From an uncultured bacterium (GTDB taxonomy: Bacteria; Patescibacteriota; Minisyncoccia; UBA6257; 2-01-FULL-56-20), in assembly GCA_963696395.1 (NCBI GenBank), contig CAVOJZ010000002.1, forward strand, positions 784,619-848,618: a DNA stretch of 64,000 nt. Reading direction: 5' to 3'. The position numbers were made by a program, and so were the translations under genes. Shown here piece after piece: positions 59,359-64,000 of the stretch. How positions within the stretch are numbered: the first letter of the stretch is position 1; each line of letters opens with the position of its first letter. A model generated the notes under the pieces. It saw only the letters and a program-made list of their open reading frames with translations, made no database searches and was not told the DNA's origin.

Positions 59359-60093
59359 ATGGGACAGAAAATTAATCCAAATTCATATCGCTTAGGAATC
59401 ACCAAGAACTGGCCGGTGCGCTGGTTCCTTAAGGGCGGCTATCCGCAGTTCCTCGAGGAAGATGAGGCCATTCGCAACACCATCAATAAAATGATCGTGC
59501 TTGCAGGCGTCGCCGATATCCAGATCGAACGCACGCAGGGTAACCTTCGCGTGTTCATCCGTGCAGCCCGTCCGGGCCTCGTGATTGGCCGCGGCGGCAA
59601 GGGGATGGAAGACCTCCAGAAAGCCGTTTCAAACGCGCTCCAAAAAGTGCGCAAGACGCGTTCCAAAGTTGCCTTGAGCCTGAACGTTGAAGAACTCAAG
59701 CGTTCCGAAGTTTCGGCGAAATATACCGCACAGCAGATCGCATGGGATCTCGAAAAGCGCATGCCGTTCCGCCGGACCATGAAGAAATATATTGAGCAGG
59801 TCCAACAGAACAAAGACGTGAAAGGCGTGAAGATCTTTTTGTCCGGTCGCCTTGATGGAAACGAAATCGCCCGCCGCGAACGCCTCGTACGCGGATCGCT
59901 CCCATTGCAGACGCTTCGCGCTGACATTGATTACGGCCGCGTCACGGCGAAGACAACCTACGGAACTATCGGGGTAAGCGTGTGGGTGTACCGCGGCGAA
60001 ATTTTTGAAAAAGAAGAAAAGAAAAACAATACCGAAAACCGGTTCAGCCGCCGCGATCCGAATCCGGAGCCGCGCCGCGATGAACGCCGTTAA
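59359..60093 (+). CDS. rpsC: 30S ribosomal protein S3
   Basis: MGQKINP, RPGLVIG, PLQTLRADIDY. Confidence 0.98.
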   Translation: MGQKINPNSYRLGITKNWPVRWFLKGGYPQFLEEDEAIRNTINKMIVLAGVADIQIERTQGNLRVFIRAARPGLVIGRGGKGMEDLQKAVSNALQKVRKTRSKVALSLNVEELKRSEVSAKYTAQQIAWDLEKRMPFRRTMKKYIEQVQQNKDVKGVKIFLSGRLDGNEIARRERLVRGSLPLQTLRADIDYGRVTAKTTYGTIGVSVWVYRGEIFEKEEKKNNTENRFSRRDPNPEPRRDERR

Positions 60094-60104
60094 TTTTTAA
60101 AACC

Positions 60105-60530
60105 ATGTTACTCCCCAAGAAAGTAAAACATCGCAAGTGGCAGAAAGGACGCTCCAAGAAGCGCACCGTTGAAACGCGCGGTTTGGAACTGAGCTACGGA
60201 CAGTTCGGTCTGAAGTCACTCGAATCGGCGTGGGTGAATTCCCGCCAGATCGAAGCAGCGCGCAAGACGATCACGAATTTCCTCAAGCGCGAAGGACGCC
60301 TTTGGATCCGTATCTTCCCCGACAAGCCGATCACGCTTCAGGCGCCGGAAAAAACGCTCGGCGGCGGCAAGGGTTCGGTTGACCACTATGTGTTTCCGGT
60401 GAAGCCGGGTCGCATCCTTTTTGAAATCGATGGTGTCCCGAGTGCGAAGGCGCGCGAAGCATTGCGCCATGCGTCGTACAAATTGCCGGTGAAAACCCGC
60501 ATTATCGATAAAACAACTTCAGCACGCTAA
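60105..60530 (+). CDS. rplP: 50S ribosomal protein L16
   Basis: MLLPKK, QIEAAR, WIRIFPD. Confidence 0.98.
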   Translation: MLLPKKVKHRKWQKGRSKKRTVETRGLELSYGQFGLKSLESAWVNSRQIEAARKTITNFLKREGRLWIRIFPDKPITLQAPEKTLGGGKGSVDHYVFPVKPGRILFEIDGVPSAKAREALRHASYKLPVKTRIIDKTTSAR

Positions 60531-60531
60531 C

Positions 60532-60726
60532 ATGAAAAAGAAAGACATCCAGGATTTAAAAACGCGCTCGATCATTGACCTCACGAGTCTCGAACAGGAA
60601 AGCAAAGAGAAATTGCGCGCCCTTCGATTTGACCTTGCGGCCGGAAAAGTGAAGAATGTAGCGGAGCTTCACGAAGTCAAAAAGAAGATCGCCCGTATTA
60701 AAACGTTTATCAAAAACCATGCCTAA
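60532..60726 (+). CDS. rpmC: 50S ribosomal protein L29
   Basis: [12 protein letters not shown]; operon position. Confidence 0.95.
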   Translation: MKKKDIQDLKTRSIIDLTSLEQESKEKLRALRFDLAAGKVKNVAELHEVKKKIARIKTFIKNHA

Positions 60727-60970
60727 CGAATCAAAACACCGAAAATTGACGGGAACCGTCGTGTCCGACAAGATGCAAAAGACACGCGTGGTTGCGGTTG
60801 AGCGCCTTAAGAAGCACCCGAAATATGTGACCTATTACCGCGTGACGACCAAGTTCAAGGCGCACGACGAAAACAACGAATACAAGACGGGCGACAAGGT
60901 GGTCATCGAAGAAACGCGGCCGTTGTCGAAGGACAAGCGCTGGCGGATCCTCAATAAGATAACGAAATAA
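60719..60970 (+). CDS. rpsQ: 30S ribosomal protein S17
   Basis: [18 protein letters not shown]. Confidence 0.98.
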   Translation: MPNESKHRKLTGTVVSDKMQKTRVVAVERLKKHPKYVTYYRVTTKFKAHDENNEYKTGDKVVIEETRPLSKDKRWRILNKITK

Positions 60971-60971
60971 C

Positions 60972-61340
60972 ATGATACAGGAACGATCCATCTTAAAAGT
61001 GGCCGATAACAGTGGTGCCAAATTGGTGCGGTGTTTCCGTATCCTTGGCGGCACACACCACCGCTATGCGGGTGTTGGCGACGTGGTTGTTGCATCCGTG
61101 CAATCAGCCGAGCCGCGCAAGAACGTCAAAAAGAAAGACGTTGTGAAGGTGCTCGTGGTCCGCACCCGGCAGATCATGCGCCGGAAGGATGGTTCGTATG
61201 TCCGCTTCGACGAGAACGCCGTCATTTTGATTGATGCCAAGAAAGAGCCGGTGGCGACGCGCATCTTCGGCCCCTTGCCCCGCGAACTCAAAGAGAAAGG
61301 TTATGAAAAATTGATGACGATGGCGGAAGAAATTGTTTAA
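60972..61340 (+). CDS. rplN: 50S ribosomal protein L14
   Basis: VADNSGAK, RFDENA, TRIFGP. Confidence 0.98.
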   Translation: MIQERSILKVADNSGAKLVRCFRILGGTHHRYAGVGDVVVASVQSAEPRKNVKKKDVVKVLVVRTRQIMRRKDGSYVRFDENAVILIDAKKEPVATRIFGPLPRELKEKGYEKLMTMAEEIV

Positions 61341-61345
61341 CTACC

Positions 61346-61651
61346 ATGAAACTCAAGAAAGGCGACCAGGTACGAATAATGTCGGGTAAAGATCGCGGGA
61401 AAACCGGGACGGTGTTAATCGCGTTCCCGACCGACGAAAAAATTATTGTTGATAATCTCAACCTCTTCAAGAAGCGATCCAAGCCAAAGAAGCAGGGTGA
61501 GTCGGGCCAGATCGTTCAGGTTGCCCGTCCGATGCCGGCATCAAAGGTGATGATCGTTTGCGGAAACTGCAAAAATCCGACCCGTATCGGCTACCGAACG
61601 GAGAGCGGCAGCAAAATTCGCTTTTGCAAAAAGTGCAAAGCAAATCTATAA
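61346..61651 (+). CDS. rplX: 50S ribosomal protein L24
   Basis: KKGDQV..GKDRGK. Confidence 0.97.
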   Translation: MKLKKGDQVRIMSGKDRGKTGTVLIAFPTDEKIIVDNLNLFKKRSKPKKQGESGQIVQVARPMPASKVMIVCGNCKNPTRIGYRTESGSKIRFCKKCKANL

Positions 61652-61653
61652 CC

Positions 61654-62205
61654 ATGGCACACGCAACCAACAATCAAAGCAAAGAACGCAAAGAGATCCG
61701 AAGCTTCCTCGAGAAGATCGTGATTGACGCGGGCGTCGGCCGGCTCGGCCAGCAACCCAATTTTGAAGATAAGACCCTTGTCCAAGTGATGCGTGACCTC
61801 GCTGCCATGACCGGCCAGAAGCCGGAAGTGCGCCGCGCGAAGAAATCCATCGCCGGATTCAAGCTGCGCGAGGGGCAGATCGTGGGTCTTCGCACAACAC
61901 TCCGCCGCGAGAAAATGGTTGATTTTTTCGAGCGTCTGATTACAATAGTATTACCTCGCGTGCGCGACTTTAACGGTCTTGAGCATTCCGCGATTGATCA
62001 GGGCGGAACGTTGAACGTGGGCGTACGTGAACACCAGGTGTTCCCGGAAATCTCACCGGAGGCTTCGCCTGTTTCGTTTTCCATCGGCGTGAGCATCGTC
62101 CCGAAGAAAAAGAACCGCGAAAAGGCTGTCGTGGAATTCGCAAAGTTCGGCGTACCAATGAAGAAAGATGCGCCGGCGCCGAAAGGAAAGAAGAAGAAAA
62201 AATAA
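61654..62205 (+). CDS. rplE: 50S ribosomal protein L5
   Basis: [25 protein letters not shown]; ATG at 61654. Confidence 0.97.
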   Translation: MAHATNNQSKERKEIRSFLEKIVIDAGVGRLGQQPNFEDKTLVQVMRDLAAMTGQKPEVRRAKKSIAGFKLREGQIVGLRTTLRREKMVDFFERLITIVLPRVRDFNGLEHSAIDQGGTLNVGVREHQVFPEISPEASPVSFSIGVSIVPKKKNREKAVVEFAKFGVPMKKDAPAPKGKKKKK

Positions 62206-62206
62206 C

Positions 62207-62392
62207 ATGGCAAAAGAATCCGTCATCGCACGAGGCAAAAAGAAACCAAAGTTTTCATCCCGGATTGTACGGCGCTGTTTCCGCTGCGGCCGAAAACGGG
62301 GCTTTATGCGTGATTTTGGATTGTGCCGCATCTGCTTCCGTGAAATGGCCACGAATCAACAGATCCCCGGCGTCAAAAAAGCATCCTGGTAA
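62207..62392 (+). CDS. rpsN: 30S ribosomal protein S14 (zinc-binding type Z)
   Basis: [22 protein letters not shown]. Confidence 0.97.
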   Translation: MAKESVIARGKKKPKFSSRIVRRCFRCGRKRGFMRDFGLCRICFREMATNQQIPGVKKASW

Positions 62393-62397
62393 ATCCT

Positions 62398-62772
62398 ATG
62401 TACTACAACATCCTTTCTGAATTAAAAAATGCAGTGCGGGCGCGCAAAGAGCGCGTGACGTTCCCGTTCTCGAAAATGGACTACGCAGTTCTCATGGCGC
62501 TTGCCGAAGGCGGCTATGTGAAGAACGTCGAGAAGGAAACCGTAGGCCGCAAGAATTTCATCACCGCAAAACTTCCCTCAAAGGAAAAGGCGCTCAATGA
62601 TTTCAAATTGATCAGCAAGCCAAGCCGCCATTTTTACGCCGATTACCGGAGTATCCATTCGGTGAAGCAGGGACACGGTCTCGGCGTGTTCTCAACCTCA
62701 AAAGGAATCATGACGCACCGCAAAGCCCTCAAGGCCAAGATCGGCGGTGAATATCTTTTTGAAGTCTGGTAA
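62398..62772 (+). CDS. rpsH: 30S ribosomal protein S8
   Basis: ISKP, STSKGIM, GGEYL. Confidence 0.95.
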   Translation: MYYNILSELKNAVRARKERVTFPFSKMDYAVLMALAEGGYVKNVEKETVGRKNFITAKLPSKEKALNDFKLISKPSRHFYADYRSIHSVKQGHGLGVFSTSKGIMTHRKALKAKIGGEYLFEVW

Positions 62773-62783
62773 TTATCACTTTC

Positions 62784-63329
62784 ATGTCACGCCTCATCAA
62801 AAAACCTATCGCTATCGAAACCGGAGCAACCGTCACCAAGAACGGCGACGTTCTTGTGGTGAAGGGGCCGAAAGGGGAGCTTCAGGTGAAAGTTCCTGCA
62901 AGCGTTGCCGTCGCCATTGAAGGCGCGAATCTTGTCGTCACCTCGACCGACGTGAACGGATCAACGGCGCTTGCCGGGACGCTTTACGCGAACACCAAGA
63001 ACGCAATCATCGGCGTCACAACCGGATTCATAAAAGTTTTGGAAATTGAAGGAGTCGGTTATCGCGCGGCAATCGAAGGCAAGGCGCTCGTATTGCACCT
63101 CGGATATGCCCAGCCCGTTAAGCTTCCGGTTCCGGCCGATGTCGTGATCACGGTTGAAAAGAACATCATCAAAATATCCGGCATCAATAAGGAATCCGTC
63201 GGCCAGGCGGCCGCAGAAATCCGCGCGCTCAAGAAACCCGAGCCATACAAGGGAAAGGGAATCCATTACCAGGGCGAAGTGATTCGCCGCAAAGTCGGTA
63301 AGAAAGCCGGTGCAACCGCCGCGGCATAA
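62784..63329 (+). CDS. rplF: 50S ribosomal protein L6
   Basis: GVGYRA, PEPYKGKGI. Confidence 0.98.
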   Translation: MSRLIKKPIAIETGATVTKNGDVLVVKGPKGELQVKVPASVAVAIEGANLVVTSTDVNGSTALAGTLYANTKNAIIGVTTGFIKVLEIEGVGYRAAIEGKALVLHLGYAQPVKLPVPADVVITVEKNIIKISGINKESVGQAAAEIRALKKPEPYKGKGIHYQGEVIRRKVGKKAGATAAA

Positions 63330-63341
63330 TATTAAAAAACC

Positions 63342-63710
63342 ATGAACTCCCGCAAAAAATTAAATGCAAAGAGGACTCGCCGCGGTGCGCGAACGCGCAA
63401 AGCGATTTTGGGTACCACCGACCGACCGCGCCTCGCCGTTCGCCGGAGCAACCGCTATTTCTACGCCCAGCTTATTGACGATGTGAAGGGCCATACGCTG
63501 GTTTCTGCTTCAAGTTTTCGCGGCGCTAAGGCCGGCGCGAAAGCAAAAGCGGCAAAGTCCGCCGATGCCTACACGGTTGGTGAAGCCCTCGGCAAGAAGG
63601 CGGTTGAAAAAGGGATCACGGCAATCGTTTTTGATCGGAGTTCATACAAATTCCATGGTCGCGTAAAACAATTCGCCGACGGCGCAAAAAAAGCCGGCCT
63701 TAAATTCTAA
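63342..63710 (+). CDS. rplR: 50S ribosomal protein L18
   Basis: RPRL, YAQLIDD, FDR..FHGRVK. Confidence 0.97.
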   Translation: MNSRKKLNAKRTRRGARTRKAILGTTDRPRLAVRRSNRYFYAQLIDDVKGHTLVSASSFRGAKAGAKAKAAKSADAYTVGEALGKKAVEKGITAIVFDRSSYKFHGRVKQFADGAKKAGLKF

Positions 63711-63721
63711 CTACCAAATTC

Positions 63722-64000
63722 ATGCCAATGCCAAATCCAGCTTATCGGCGCCGTGATGCGCTCCCAAAGCCAAGAGAGGAATTTCGTGAACGCGTTCTTG
63801 ATATGCGTCGCGTAACGCGCGTCGTTGCCGGAGGCAAACGCTTCCGTTTCCGTGCAACGCTCGTTCTCGGCGATGAAAAGGGCCGCGTCGGCATCGGCGT
63901 GGCGAAAGGCCTCGACGTCCAGCAGGCGGTTGCCAAGGCAAAAACCGAGGCAAAGAAGAATATGCTCGTCGTGAACCTGAAAGACGGCCGCACGATCGCG
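63722..64000 (+). CDS. rpsE: 30S ribosomal protein S5 (partial, runs off window)
   Basis: Manual translation: RRVTRVVAGGKRFRFRA..GDEKGRVGIG. Confidence 0.95.
   Translation, partial: MPMPNPAYRRRDALPKPREEFRERVLDMRRVTRVVAGGKRFRFRATLVLGDEKGRVGIGVAKGLDVQQAVAKAKTEAKKNMLVVNLKDGRTIA

Overview
Chromosomal window of a Patescibacteria/CPR (Parcubacteria-like) bacterium using the standard genetic code. The lineage call is an inference from gene style: short ValRS, tRNAs mostly lacking encoded CCA, weak Shine-Dalgarno usage, type IV pilin and PG-binding secreted proteins. Core genes: valS, tgt, tsaD, recG, rpmB, rpsL-rpsG-fusA, xseAB, dinB, greA-like, tuf-rpsJ and the rplC..rpsE cluster. The window also holds five ordinary tRNAs, a Zn/Mn ABC transporter, an ECF-sigma cluster, a 2246-aa surface protein, an IS30 element, recombinase scars at tRNA 3' ends, and Mrr, UvrD and PIF1-type genes. 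The most striking observation is an apparently RNA-only two-gene module present three times (43394-43643, 43655-43902, 51013-51244). In each copy, a tRNA-like gene with an alanine-type acceptor stem (G1-C72, G2-C71, G3:U70, A73) but a non-Ala anticodon (CGU, CAC, UUC) sits behind a shared TTAA-N7-TTAA upstream motif. It is followed by a separately promoted small RNA whose 5' end is antisense to that gene's own anticodon arm. This suggests a mistranslating-tRNA toxin / anti-tRNA antitoxin system (hypothesis). Two further large structured ncRNA candidates (about 34560-34811 and 50346-50731) could not be assigned to families I recognise.
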